Below are positions 1-7,584 of a DNA stretch of 64,000 nt, one piece after another (the stretch's first letter is position 1; every line of letters begins with the position of its first letter). Made by a program: the position numbers and the translations under genes. The stretch is from a virus. The stretch is taken from positions 1-64,000 of IMG/VR virus record IMGVR_UViG_3300025572_000001, one strand, 5' to 3'. Under the pieces are notes generated by a model that ran no database searches, was not told the origin of the DNA, and saw only the letters and a program-made list of their open reading frames with translations.

Positions 1-408
1 ATTATCAGCCTGTATTTCCGCTGTAGGAGAAAGGCGGAGAGGGATGGTACACCAAACCCACTGGCAAACCATCCATTGCCGCAGTCTCCACGGAAGAAAA
101 AACGGAATTGGGCTCAAGCACCCAAGAGCAAAACCCTCAAGCAGAAAATCGAGGAACGCAGGGTCCTCCTGGCTGAGATAAAGGAAGATGACGAGTACGT
201 AGATGACGGCATCCCGTCTCTTCATGTTCCTCTTGTCGATTTGAAATCTCGCCATTGTAGGTGGCCGACGAAGAAGGAGGGCGGCGTATGGTTCTTTTGT
301 GGGTTGGACTCGAAGCCTGGGCACTCTTACTGCACTGGCCACTACGATATGTCCACTCGTGATTTCGACTTGAAATTAACTGCACTGCCTGAGAAAGTTG
401 CGATGTAA
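1..408 (+). CDS. GcrA-like cell-cycle regulator family protein, C-terminal part (5' end probably upstream of the window)
   Basis: Track ORF 76..408. The same frame has no stop back to nt 1. The CRWP..FFCG..GHSYCTGH pattern resembles the conserved Cys-rich C-terminal module of alphaproteobacterial GcrA (from memory). Confidence 0.55.
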   Translation: MISLYFRCRRKAERDGTPNPLANHPLPQSPRKKKRNWAQAPKSKTLKQKIEERRVLLAEIKEDDEYVDDGIPSLHVPLVDLKSRHCRWPTKKEGGVWFFCGLDSKPGHSYCTGHYDMSTRDFDLKLTALPEKVAM

Positions 409-434
409 ATAGGGAAGGCCACGGAGGGCAGGGC

Positions 435-620
435 ATGGCGATTGTCATCAAGAAGAAGGCGTCCACGATCAAACTGAAAGGGAAGTGCGAAGAATGCACG
501 AAGTGGAGCCAAACGAACCTGACTCAGGTTTGGGTCAAGAAGAATCTCGGGTGGTGCAAGACTCATGTCTGCTACACGCCTGGAGATGGAAGCTGTTGGC
601 AATTCGAGGCTCGTACATGA
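435..620 (+). CDS. small Cys-rich (zinc-ribbon-like) protein, N-terminus MAIVIKKK
   Basis: ATG 435 lies 7 nt after CACGGAGG (420..427). Contains CxxC plus further Cys residues. Its stop overlaps the next ATG (ATGA). Confidence 0.5.
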   Translation: MAIVIKKKASTIKLKGKCEECTKWSQTNLTQVWVKKNLGWCKTHVCYTPGDGSCWQFEART

Positions 621-691
621 CCCAGATGCTTAGTGAACTTGCCGTGGTCTTAGCCTTCGGCTTCATCATCGCAATGATCCTCTTGGCATAA
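617..691 (+). CDS. 24-aa hydrophobic peptide (one predicted TM helix)
   Basis: ATG 617 overlaps the stop of 435..620. Sequence MTQMLSELAVVLAFGFIIAMILLA. It is very short, so the call is uncertain. Confidence 0.3.
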   Translation: MTQMLSELAVVLAFGFIIAMILLA

Positions 692-702
692 GGGAGTATC
701 GC

Positions 703-1035
703 ATGGAGGTATTTCAGAAGGTTGAGGGTGCTGAGGCAGTCCTCTACGAGAAGGGAGTCTTCAAGTCAGCACCGGTATACACCCGAAACGGGTATCTTCA
801 CGCACAGGTACGAAGCGGATTCATCCGTCTGTCGGCGGACGGTGGTACGTCAAAGAAGGGCTGCGCATTATACTATCTGAGATGGAACGACCCAATTTAT
901 CAGGACGCCTACGGGCGTCTGATTGTGCACAAGACTGAGGGAGCACGAGACCTAGACCCTGGTTCTGTCCGCAGACTCACAGGTGGTCAGTCGTTCCCAG
1001 CGGTGGCTGCATTAACCAATGATCCTTGCAATTAA
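703..1035 (+). CDS. hypothetical protein
   Basis: 110-aa ORF with GGGAG upstream of ATG 703. No recognisable motif. Confidence 0.55.
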   Translation: MEVFQKVEGAEAVLYEKGVFKSAPVYTRNGYLHAQVRSGFIRLSADGGTSKKGCALYYLRWNDPIYQDAYGRLIVHKTEGARDLDPGSVRRLTGGQSFPAVAALTNDPCN

Positions 1036-1040
1036 TTGCA
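1027..1040. repeat. exact 14-bp palindrome TGCAATTAATTGCA
   Basis: Read directly. It straddles the stop codon (1033..1035) of ORF 703..1035. Confidence 0.95.
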
Positions 1041-1205
1041 CAGCGAGGAAAGTTCGTTAGGGTGAAGGGGATCGCAGCACCAATCCATGGAGGGACCATG
1101 AGAACCCCAAGAAGTAACCGAACGGTTTACAGGTGTCCCGACCCCTTCGCACTAAGGTCTAGGGTGATAGACGCTCATCTAAGTAGCAAAACCAAGGAGG
1201 TGTTC

Positions 1206-1628
1206 ATGAGCAAGAACGTTGCAATTCGCCTGTCGGTAGAAGACACGACTGCGCTTCATCGGAAGATCATCAAGCTGGTCGAGACCGCGAATGAATCAAG
1301 TGTCGCAGCTCGAAATGATGCACGAGTTCTTTACGATCTGGTTGGTGATTATCGTACCAGCTTCGAGGGTCTTCTGAACGTGGTGGCCGAGGTAGTGACA
1401 GGCGTTAAGGAACGGCAGGTCGTGGATATCGGTGCGCTTGAGCACAGCATGATTATCGCGAAGGGGGCCATCGAAGAGCTCGACAAGAGGCTCGATGTCT
1501 ACAGCACGCAGCCGTATGCAACCGTCCCGCATGTTGATGATCCCGACCCGTCGCTGGTGAACGCACTGGAATCTGCCTTTGCGGCATCAGACGATGACCT
1601 TCCGAAGTTCATCGACAAGAAAATCTAG
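1206..1628 (+). CDS. hypothetical protein
   Basis: ATG 1206 follows AAGGAGG (1194..1200). The track ORF 1026..1628 begins inside the palindrome and is probably too long. Confidence 0.6.
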   Translation: MSKNVAIRLSVEDTTALHRKIIKLVETANESSVAARNDARVLYDLVGDYRTSFEGLLNVVAEVVTGVKERQVVDIGALEHSMIIAKGAIEELDKRLDVYSTQPYATVPHVDDPDPSLVNALESAFAASDDDLPKFIDKKI

Positions 1629-1639
1629 GGCGGAAATTT

Positions 1640-1675
1640 CGTCAGGGTAGTGAAGTTAATTTCATTACCCTGACG
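1640..1675. repeat. 36-bp inverted repeat (10-bp arms CGTCAGGGTA/TACCCTGACG) enclosing the palindrome variant TGAAGTTAATTTCA
   Basis: Arms at 1640..1649 and 1666..1675. The variant palindrome at 1651..1664 shares the same centre (1657.5). Confidence 0.85.
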
Positions 1676-1690
1676 GCAGCGGAGGGCTGA

Positions 1691-1903
1691 ATGGCAATAA
1701 AAATCGTAAAGAAGCGGAACGCACCGGTAGCGAGGGAGCCTGCCCCTCTCGTGGAAGAAGTGCAAGAAACGCCGAAGACCGAAGCAACAAAGCCCGAACC
1801 GTCAGAATGCAGTTTCTGCGGTCACCTATACATTTACCCGTGTCACGGGAAGAGCGAGACCTGCATGAATGCACGATGGCGGAGGGGCGAAATCACAAAC
1901 TAG
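1691..1903 (+). CDS. small Cys-rich protein, N-terminus MAIKIVKK
   Basis: GGAGG upstream of the start. Contains CSFCG..C..C near the C-terminus and a Pro/Glu/Lys-rich linker. Confidence 0.5.
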   Translation: MAIKIVKKRNAPVAREPAPLVEEVQETPKTEATKPEPSECSFCGHLYIYPCHGKSETCMNARWRRGEITN

Positions 1904-1913
1904 GGGTAGAAGA

Positions 1914-2162
1914 GTGAAGCTCTACAGAGTGGAAATGGTTCTTTCGGCCACCTTGTACGTGAAGGCGGACGATGCTGTGCAGGCCCTGGAAAAGGCGAAG
2001 AAGCTGCACGGGAAGCGTTTGACTCTGGAGGGGACGAAGGACGTTGCAGTCTCCATTGCCGAGTTTGATTCGCTAAAACTGCCTGAGCAATCGTTTACGC
2101 CTATAGCCTGGATTTCTGGGCCGGACCCGAAGTTCGAGCCCGATGTCGTCTATGAGGGTTAG
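1914..2162 (+). CDS. hypothetical protein
   Basis: GTG 1914 is in the frame of track ORF 1869..2162. ATG 1935 is an alternative start. Confidence 0.45.
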   Translation: MKLYRVEMVLSATLYVKADDAVQALEKAKKLHGKRLTLEGTKDVAVSIAEFDSLKLPEQSFTPIAWISGPDPKFEPDVVYEG

Positions 2163-2167
2163 GGTCG

Positions 2168-2581
2168 ATGCCAATCGTCATCAAAAAGAAAGCGGGGGCT
2201 CCGAAACCGGAGCCCCTTATTCCAGAAGCCAAGGCTCCAAAGGCGAAACATCAGCCGAAGCACCTACTTGATCGCGTGTGCCTGAAATTGATTGCAAAGA
2301 ACCGGAACTTGCTGGTCCCGTGGATAATGATGGCGAGCTACGCCTACTACATTGCGGATACGCCCATCATTTCAGACGGGTGTTATGACAGCCTGTGCCG
2401 AGACCTTTTCCGCCACTATGACCAAGTGACCCACCGCCACAAGAGTTTCATTCAGAGGGAAAGCCTGAAGGCTGGCTCAGTCTTCCACCTCAAGGCCGAG
2501 GACTACCCAAGTATCGTCCGTAGCGCGGCGCATAGGCTAATGCAGGCTGCTTCTTCTGGTAGGGCAGATGATCTGCTATAA
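2168..2581 (+). CDS. hypothetical protein with a NAD-ligase domain-Ia-like motif (YYIADTPIISDGCYDSL)
   Basis: 137-aa ORF with N-terminus MPIVIKKK. The motif resembles the YY-x-D-x-P-x-ISD-x-EYD-x-L signature of LigA domain Ia (memory). Confidence 0.55.
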   Translation: MPIVIKKKAGAPKPEPLIPEAKAPKAKHQPKHLLDRVCLKLIAKNRNLLVPWIMMASYAYYIADTPIISDGCYDSLCRDLFRHYDQVTHRHKSFIQRESLKAGSVFHLKAEDYPSIVRSAAHRLMQAASSGRADDLL

Positions 2582-2584
2582 GTT

Positions 2585-2598
2585 TGCAATTAATTGCA
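2585..2598. repeat. exact 14-bp palindrome TGCAATTAATTGCA
   Basis: Lies in the gap after the stop at 2581. Its last base is the A of ATG 2598. Confidence 0.95.
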
Positions 2599-2894
2599 TG
2601 GAGACGACCATGAGCGCAGACAAGGAACTGATTGGCCTGCCGGAGGCCGTCCGGACGATGGCCGACCCGAGGATTACCGTGTCCAGCCTGATGAAGGCAA
2701 TCGAGGAAGGCAGGCTGGTGGCTCAAGATGACCCGAAGAGACCTGGCCGGAAGATGGTCAAGCTCGATGACGTGCAGGCGATGCTCAACCCACCAGCCGA
2801 AGAACCGAAGGTCGAAGAACCGAAGGTCGAAGAACCGAAGGTCGAAGAACCGAAGGCCGACACGGGCATCTTCATCAAGAAGCGTCGCAAGTGA
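2598..2894 (+). CDS. putative HTH DNA-binding protein (excisionase/MerR-like) with an (EEPKV)x4 repeat
   Basis: LIGLPEAVRTMADPRITVSSLMKAIEEGRL looks like a winged-HTH/Xis-type segment. Located two genes upstream of the serine recombinase. Confidence 0.5.
   Translation: METTMSADKELIGLPEAVRTMADPRITVSSLMKAIEEGRLVAQDDPKRPGRKMVKLDDVQAMLNPPAEEPKVEEPKVEEPKVEEPKADTGIFIKKRRK
2799..2858 (+). repeat. 15-bp tandem repeat GAAGAACCGAAGGTC x4 (last unit has 1 mismatch)
   Basis: Read directly. It is in frame and encodes EEPKV x4. Confidence 0.95.
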
Positions 2895-2905
2895 AATTAA
2901 TTTCA
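2892..2905. repeat. perfect variant palindrome TGAAATTAATTTCA
   Basis: A symmetric C-to-A / G-to-T variant of the main motif. It spans the stop TGA 2892..2894 and the first base of ATG 2905. Confidence 0.9.
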
Positions 2906-3051
2906 TGGGCAAGGTCATCAAGCTGACAAGTCGGGGGCCGGAGAAAGTCCCGGCCCCCAAGAAACTCACACCGCAGATGATTGCGCTGATAAAGGCCCTT
3001 GCCAGAGAAGGGGCACGTGAGGACCATAGGGCATCATTGAAAAATGGGTAG
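2905..3051 (+). CDS. small hypothetical protein (48 aa)
   Basis: ATG 2905 is in the frame of track ORF 2728..3051. It ends 3 nt before the recombinase start. Confidence 0.4.
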   Translation: MGKVIKLTSRGPEKVPAPKKLTPQMIALIKALAREGAREDHRASLKNG

Positions 3052-3054
3052 CCC

Positions 3055-4752
3055 ATGAATCGTGCAGCCATCTACGCTCGTTTTTCGACTGACCAGCAGA
3101 ACGAAAAGTCCACGGAAGATCAGATAAAGCTCTGCATGGAGTTCGCCCAGAGAGAGGGTTTGCAGGTGGTCGCCACCTACGAGGACAAGGCCAAGTCGGG
3201 CGGCTCCATCTTCGGGCGAGATGGGCTTTTCAAGATGATGCAGGATGCGCAGGAGCGGAAGTTCGATGTCATCCTGGTCGAGGCCGTGGACCGTCTCTCC
3301 CGCGATATGGAAGACCTCGCGGGGCTCTACAAGCGGATGACCTTCCTCGGCATCTCGATTCGTGCCGTCCATGAGGGTGTGGTCAACACGGTGCTGGTCG
3401 GTTTGCGGGGTCTGGTGGGGCAGCTCTACCGCGAGGACAACGTACATAAGACCAAGCGCGGCATGGCAAGTCTGGTTGACAAGGGGCTGTCAGCCGGTGG
3501 GCGGGCCTACGGGTACAGGCCGGACCCCAACCAGAAGGGCAAGCTCATCATCGTTGAAGAGGAAGCCGAGATCATCCGGCGCATATTCGAGGAGTATGCA
3601 AGCGGGAAACCTCCCCGCAAGATCGCTCACGACCTGAACGAGGAAGGGGTGCCGCCGCCACGGGGGACCAAGTGGAACGCCTCCACGATCAATGGAAACG
3701 CTTCGAGGGGGCACGGCATTCTCCGTAACCACATCTATGCAGGAAAGTTGGTCTGGAATCGCGTCAGGATGATTCGTGACCCTGACACGGGCAAACGGCT
3801 GTCGAGACCCAATCCACCTGACCAATGGCGATTCAAGGACGTTCCTGAGCTTCAGATCGTTCCGACAGAGTTGTGGGAGAAGGTGCAAGAGCTCAAGAGG
3901 GCCACTGCCAATGTTCCCCTTCACGCACAAGCAAGGAAGCCCAAGCGGCTCCTGTCCGGACTTCTGCGGTGTGGCTCATGCGGGGCAGGGATGTCGATCC
4001 AAGGGGCGGACAAGACGAATCGAAAGCGCATCCGCTGCTCAGCGGCAGTGGAGAGCGGCACGTGCCCTGACCCGAAGACCTTCTATCTCGACACGGTTGA
4101 GAACCTGGTGCTTGACGCCTTGGCTGAGGAGCTGACCAACCCAGAGGCCACCGCCGTGTACCTGAAAGAGTACATCGAGGAGCGGAAGAGGTTGGCGAAG
4201 GAAATAGCTGACAACCGTGCCTACTACGAACGGCAGCTGGCCAAGGTGGTCGGTGAGATGGACCGCCTACTGACCCTCTACCAGAAGAGTGTGGTCGAGC
4301 TCGACATGCTGGAGGCCAAAATGCCGCAGCTTAGGGCGGAGCGCGACCGGCTCAGGGGATTGCTCGCAGCTCAACCAGAGGTGCCCAAGACCATTGATTT
4401 GCACCCAATGGCGGTTAAAAAGTTTGAGGAACAACTCAAGAGCCTCAAGAAGGCGGTCGAGGCCGGAGTAACCGAGGGGGACGGTGAGTCGATCAAGGCG
4501 CTTCGGGAGGTGATTGAGACCGTCACCGTCTACAGGGACGACAGCAAGGTTGGTGGCGTTCGCGTGGAAATTCGCGGATATCTCAACCCGTTAGTCGCCA
4601 TCGGGGACGCAACGAAGAAGGCAGAAAAGGAGGTTTCCGATGTGACCGGTAAGACCGTTGGATCGGGTGATGATTTAAGCGGTAGCGGGGGCCTGACTCA
4701 TTCTGAATCATCACTCAAGGTTATCAGGTTCTGCATCTCTCGTGCAGCATAA
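3055..4752 (+). CDS. large serine recombinase (phage integrase type)
   Basis: Resolvase-type N-terminus AAIYARFSTDQQ (Ser nucleophile). Also has a recombinase domain, a Cys cluster CGSCG..C..C and a long coiled-coil C-terminus. 565 aa. Confidence 0.93.
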   Translation: MNRAAIYARFSTDQQNEKSTEDQIKLCMEFAQREGLQVVATYEDKAKSGGSIFGRDGLFKMMQDAQERKFDVILVEAVDRLSRDMEDLAGLYKRMTFLGISIRAVHEGVVNTVLVGLRGLVGQLYREDNVHKTKRGMASLVDKGLSAGGRAYGYRPDPNQKGKLIIVEEEAEIIRRIFEEYASGKPPRKIAHDLNEEGVPPPRGTKWNASTINGNASRGHGILRNHIYAGKLVWNRVRMIRDPDTGKRLSRPNPPDQWRFKDVPELQIVPTELWEKVQELKRATANVPLHAQARKPKRLLSGLLRCGSCGAGMSIQGADKTNRKRIRCSAAVESGTCPDPKTFYLDTVENLVLDALAEELTNPEATAVYLKEYIEERKRLAKEIADNRAYYERQLAKVVGEMDRLLTLYQKSVVELDMLEAKMPQLRAERDRLRGLLAAQPEVPKTIDLHPMAVKKFEEQLKSLKKAVEAGVTEGDGESIKALREVIETVTVYRDDSKVGGVRVEIRGYLNPLVAIGDATKKAEKEVSDVTGKTVGSGDDLSGSGGLTHSESSLKVIRFCISRAA

Positions 4753-4761
4753 GGGTACGGA

Positions 4762-4992
4762 ATGAGAACGGCGACTGATGTTCTTGAGCGTCTTAGGCAG
4801 GTTCTGGACGGCCTGGAGGATGAAATGCCGGAGTGTGGTTTCATGCTGGTGGGGTCGATCCCATACGATGAGGGGTCTGGTGTGGTGTTCGTCACCAATC
4901 TGGATGACGACTCAGTGGAGTCCATAGCAGAAGATATCCTCTGCGAAGAATTAGATGAGGTACATGTCAAGACACACAAATACGATGCGTAG
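4762..4992 (+). CDS. small acidic hypothetical protein
   Basis: 76-aa ORF rich in D/E. Its stop overlaps the next start (ATGCGTAG). Confidence 0.5.
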   Translation: MRTATDVLERLRQVLDGLEDEMPECGFMLVGSIPYDEGSGVVFVTNLDDDSVESIAEDILCEELDEVHVKTHKYDA

Positions 4993-5539
4993 CATAGCGA
5001 TTGTCATCAATGGTTACCCCCGGTCGGGGAAGGACTCGGCTGCGAACCTGATCAGCGCAGCCTTATCGTTCGATTGGGTATACCACTCGGTAAGCAGTGT
5101 TGATCCTGTCCGACGCTTCTTGCAGGACTTGGGGGTCAGCACCAAGAAGAAGGGGCCACAGGAGCGGAAGCTGATGGCCGACATCCAGTCGCTTCTGAAC
5201 ACATATGACTGGCTTCCGATCCGACACACGGCCAAGCACGTGGACCGGCTGTTCAGGGTCAACCCTGACAGGAACTGCGTATGCTTCGTCCATATCAGGG
5301 AGCCTGACGCCATTAGGATGTTCAAGGGTCTGGTGGAGGCGAAGGGGTACACGTGCAAGACCATGTTCGTGGATAGGCAGGTAGCGAGGGAAGAGACCCT
5401 GAGCCTTTACCAGAACCACGCCGACACATCGGTCGAGCAGATGGAGTACGACATCGTGCTCGACAACAATTCTTCAATCGAGCACTTTGCAATTAATTGC
5501 AAAGCTATTGCCAAGATGATCATGGAGGACAAGCTTTGA
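4985..5539 (+). CDS. P-loop deoxynucleoside-monophosphate kinase-like protein (T4 gp1-like)
   Basis: The N-terminal IVINGYPRSGKDS resembles T4 dNMP kinase LSGVKRSGKDT. The C-terminal D-x-V-L-D-N-N-S-S-x-E resembles the gp1 C-terminus (memory). Confidence 0.6.
   Translation: MRSIAIVINGYPRSGKDSAANLISAALSFDWVYHSVSSVDPVRRFLQDLGVSTKKKGPQERKLMADIQSLLNTYDWLPIRHTAKHVDRLFRVNPDRNCVCFVHIREPDAIRMFKGLVEAKGYTCKTMFVDRQVAREETLSLYQNHADTSVEQMEYDIVLDNNSSIEHFAINCKAIAKMIMEDKL
5488..5501. repeat. exact 14-bp palindrome TGCAATTAATTGCA
   Basis: Lies inside the last 17 codons of the kinase-like gene (encodes FAINCK), 35 nt upstream of the ThyX start. Confidence 0.95.
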
Positions 5540-6474
5540 CCACGATTTCAGCCACGACAGTTCTTCGCTCACGTAATGCGGCTCGACCGGAGAAGGTACT
5601 CACGACCCTTCTGCTTCGGTATCCCAGGTTCGTCCATGCGGAGCTGATGACCCACAGGGTGTTCAGCCGCAATGCCGCCAGCTCACGGGCCATTCCGACC
5701 AAGAAGCTGATTCAGGACGTGATAGAGAACCCGGCAATCCCGATCTTCTGGGGCAAGAACCAGCCGGGGATGCAGGCCAGAGAAGAACACGACGCCCTCG
5801 TATTCGCTCCTGTCCCGATGGCCTATGGCGGGAAGCGGCTGGAGCTCGAACAGAACAGGGGCCGGACACCAGAGGAAGCCTGGCTCAATGCCCGAGACCT
5901 CGCCGTCATGTCGGCCAAGGCGTTCGCAGAAGCAGGTTATCACAAGCAGATCGTGAACCGGCTGCTGGAGCCCTTCTCCCACATCACCGTCCTCGTCAGC
6001 GCGACCGAATGGGAAAACTTCCTGGCCCTGCGAGACCATCCGGATGCCGAGCCGCACATCCGCAAGCTGGCCCAGGAAATCCGCAAGGAGCTGGAGCGGG
6101 AGGATAATATTCAGACCCTTCAGCCTAGTGAGTGGCACCTGCCGTTCGTGACGCCGACCGATCCCAAGGAACCAGCGGACAAGCTGACCGGTCCGGAGCT
6201 GGCCAAGGCGATCAAGCTTTCCGTCGCCTGTTGCGCCTCCACCAGCTACAAGACGGTGGACGGCTTTGATATGACCGGAGAGCGGGCCGAGAAGATTTTC
6301 GACAAACTGGTGAGGTCAGAACCGATCCACGCGAGCCCGCTTGAGCACGTAGCACAGGCTGACTGGATCACCCCTCACTCCAAGGCGTGGGCGTACCCAG
6401 AGCAGCACCGCAACTTCGTCGGTTTCCGTCAGTACCGCGCGATTTTCGAGGTGGGTAATGTCGAGGCTGAATGA
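5536..6474 (+). CDS. thyX: flavin-dependent thymidylate synthase ThyX-like
   Basis: ThyX signature region ELMTHRVFSRNAASSR (RHR-x7-S with the first R replaced by T). C-terminal ..FLALRDHPDAEPHIRKLAQEI is typical of ThyX. TTG 5536 lies 7 nt after GGAGG; ATG 5497 is an alternative start. Confidence 0.8.
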   Translation: MTTISATTVLRSRNAARPEKVLTTLLLRYPRFVHAELMTHRVFSRNAASSRAIPTKKLIQDVIENPAIPIFWGKNQPGMQAREEHDALVFAPVPMAYGGKRLELEQNRGRTPEEAWLNARDLAVMSAKAFAEAGYHKQIVNRLLEPFSHITVLVSATEWENFLALRDHPDAEPHIRKLAQEIRKELEREDNIQTLQPSEWHLPFVTPTDPKEPADKLTGPELAKAIKLSVACCASTSYKTVDGFDMTGERAEKIFDKLVRSEPIHASPLEHVAQADWITPHSKAWAYPEQHRNFVGFRQYRAIFEVGNVEAE

Positions 6475-6946
6475 TCGTCAGCGGGTGGAACTCATGCTTC
6501 CCCCGCAGGTCATGCTGGCCGTGTTGCTTGCGGGGGTAGACGATCCTGAACATCCAGACGCTAAACGGTGCCAAGAGCTTCTGCTGCTGGCATCAATGGA
6601 GCCCATCAAGGACCTCACCCATGACCGGCAGAGGCAGATTGCCAACAGGGTGGCGAGGGATCATGCGGAGGCAACAGCCCCCTACCGAAAGGAAGGTGGG
6701 CGGGTCGATAAGATGGGCCTCATCGCCTACTACTGGCTGAAAGCCCTGCTCGATCAGGAGTACCTTGTTCTCGGACCAGAGAGCTATTTCTCGCAGGCGC
6801 TGGATATAATGCTCCCCGCATTGGAGCCAGCTGCCCAAATCGAGAACATGGATAAATCAGCCCAAAAACAGGCGCGGAAATTCCTGATGGGTCTTCAGAA
6901 GATGGGCTATTACAGGGGTGTTGACCCGAATCTGGTAGGAATGTAA
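6458..6946 (+). CDS. hypothetical protein
   Basis: 162-aa ORF overlapping the ThyX end by 17 nt. Confidence 0.55.
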   Translation: MSRLNDRQRVELMLPPQVMLAVLLAGVDDPEHPDAKRCQELLLLASMEPIKDLTHDRQRQIANRVARDHAEATAPYRKEGGRVDKMGLIAYYWLKALLDQEYLVLGPESYFSQALDIMLPALEPAAQIENMDKSAQKQARKFLMGLQKMGYYRGVDPNLVGM

Positions 6947-7001
6947 AAGAGATTCGTCGGACAATAATGGGGATGTCCGGCATATGGTGACTGGCTGACC
7001 G

Positions 7002-7039
7002 ACGCCAAGGGTAAATAAGCCCTTGGCGTTTTTTATTTT
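7002..7039 (+). terminator. rho-independent terminator
   Basis: Stem ACGCCAAGGG / CCCTTGGCGT with an 8-nt loop, followed by TTTTTTATTTT. Confidence 0.8.
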
Positions 7040-7051
7040 CGATTGTAGATT

Positions 7052-7065
7052 TGCAATTAATTGCA
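7052..7065. repeat. exact 14-bp palindrome TGCAATTAATTGCA
   Basis: Intergenic, 13 nt after the terminator T-tract. Confidence 0.95.
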
Positions 7066-7158
7066 TGTCAGGAGACGGCGGTATGCACAAGATCGCTGAT
7101 CATGACGGTAGAGTGTACCAGACCATAAATTGAGGTGGCACGAGTCAAGGAGGATTTT

Positions 7159-7581
7159 GTGTCGGTAATAGTAAAGTACGACAAGAAGGCATCGAACACC
7201 GACGCTTTCGCCATCCTGGCGGAGGCTTGGTACGAAATGGTTCAGGACGGGCTCACACCCGACAACGTGGGTGTTCCACCTTTCACGACTGATTCCGAAG
7301 TCATATACGCCATTTCTAAGGAAGGAGATATTGTTGGTGTTTTGACGTGGGATCGTATGACGGACGGGGCGTTCAATCTCACGGTCGTATATGTCGAACC
7401 TTCAAGCCGTCGCCAAGGCGTTTTCAAGGCCATGGTGAATAAGCTGATTGAAATCGCCAAGAAGGATAACACAAACAGGATTATCGCAGCATTGCCTGGG
7501 GTTGAATCCGTAGTCAGGGCGTTCAGTGCTGCTCAATTCGCCCCCGTTTCCACCCTCTATGAGTTTGAACTTAGGAGGTGA
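7159..7581 (+). CDS. GNAT-family N-acetyltransferase
   Basis: Acetyl-CoA motif A-like VYVEPSSRRQGVFKAMVNKL. GTG 7159 lies 5 nt after AAGGAGG; the track start is 7135. Confidence 0.65.
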   Translation: MSVIVKYDKKASNTDAFAILAEAWYEMVQDGLTPDNVGVPPFTTDSEVIYAISKEGDIVGVLTWDRMTDGAFNLTVVYVEPSSRRQGVFKAMVNKLIEIAKKDNTNRIIAALPGVESVVRAFSAAQFAPVSTLYEFELRR

Positions 7582-7584
7582 GGA

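Noticed and set aside
1026-1205. ORFs beginning MQLIA..., for example 1026, 28789, 37092 and 60761 on the + strand and several on the - strand.
   Set aside because: The start codon and the first four codons are simply the palindrome read as (A/T)TG CAA TTA ATT GCA. Better starts with Shine-Dalgarno sequences lie downstream (1206, 28860, 37161, 60785).
2799-2858. Short tandem repeat considered as a possible CRISPR or regulatory iteron array.
   Set aside because: The units are contiguous with no spacers. They are in frame and encode EEPKV x4 within a protein linker. No cas genes are present.
3362-4471. Alternative-frame + strand ORFs inside the recombinase gene and similar nested ORFs elsewhere, for example 8012..8236, 13677..13991 and 41619..42263.
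   Set aside because: They are fully contained in longer ORFs with clear homology. Their compositions are R/S/G/P-rich and they lack RBS signals.
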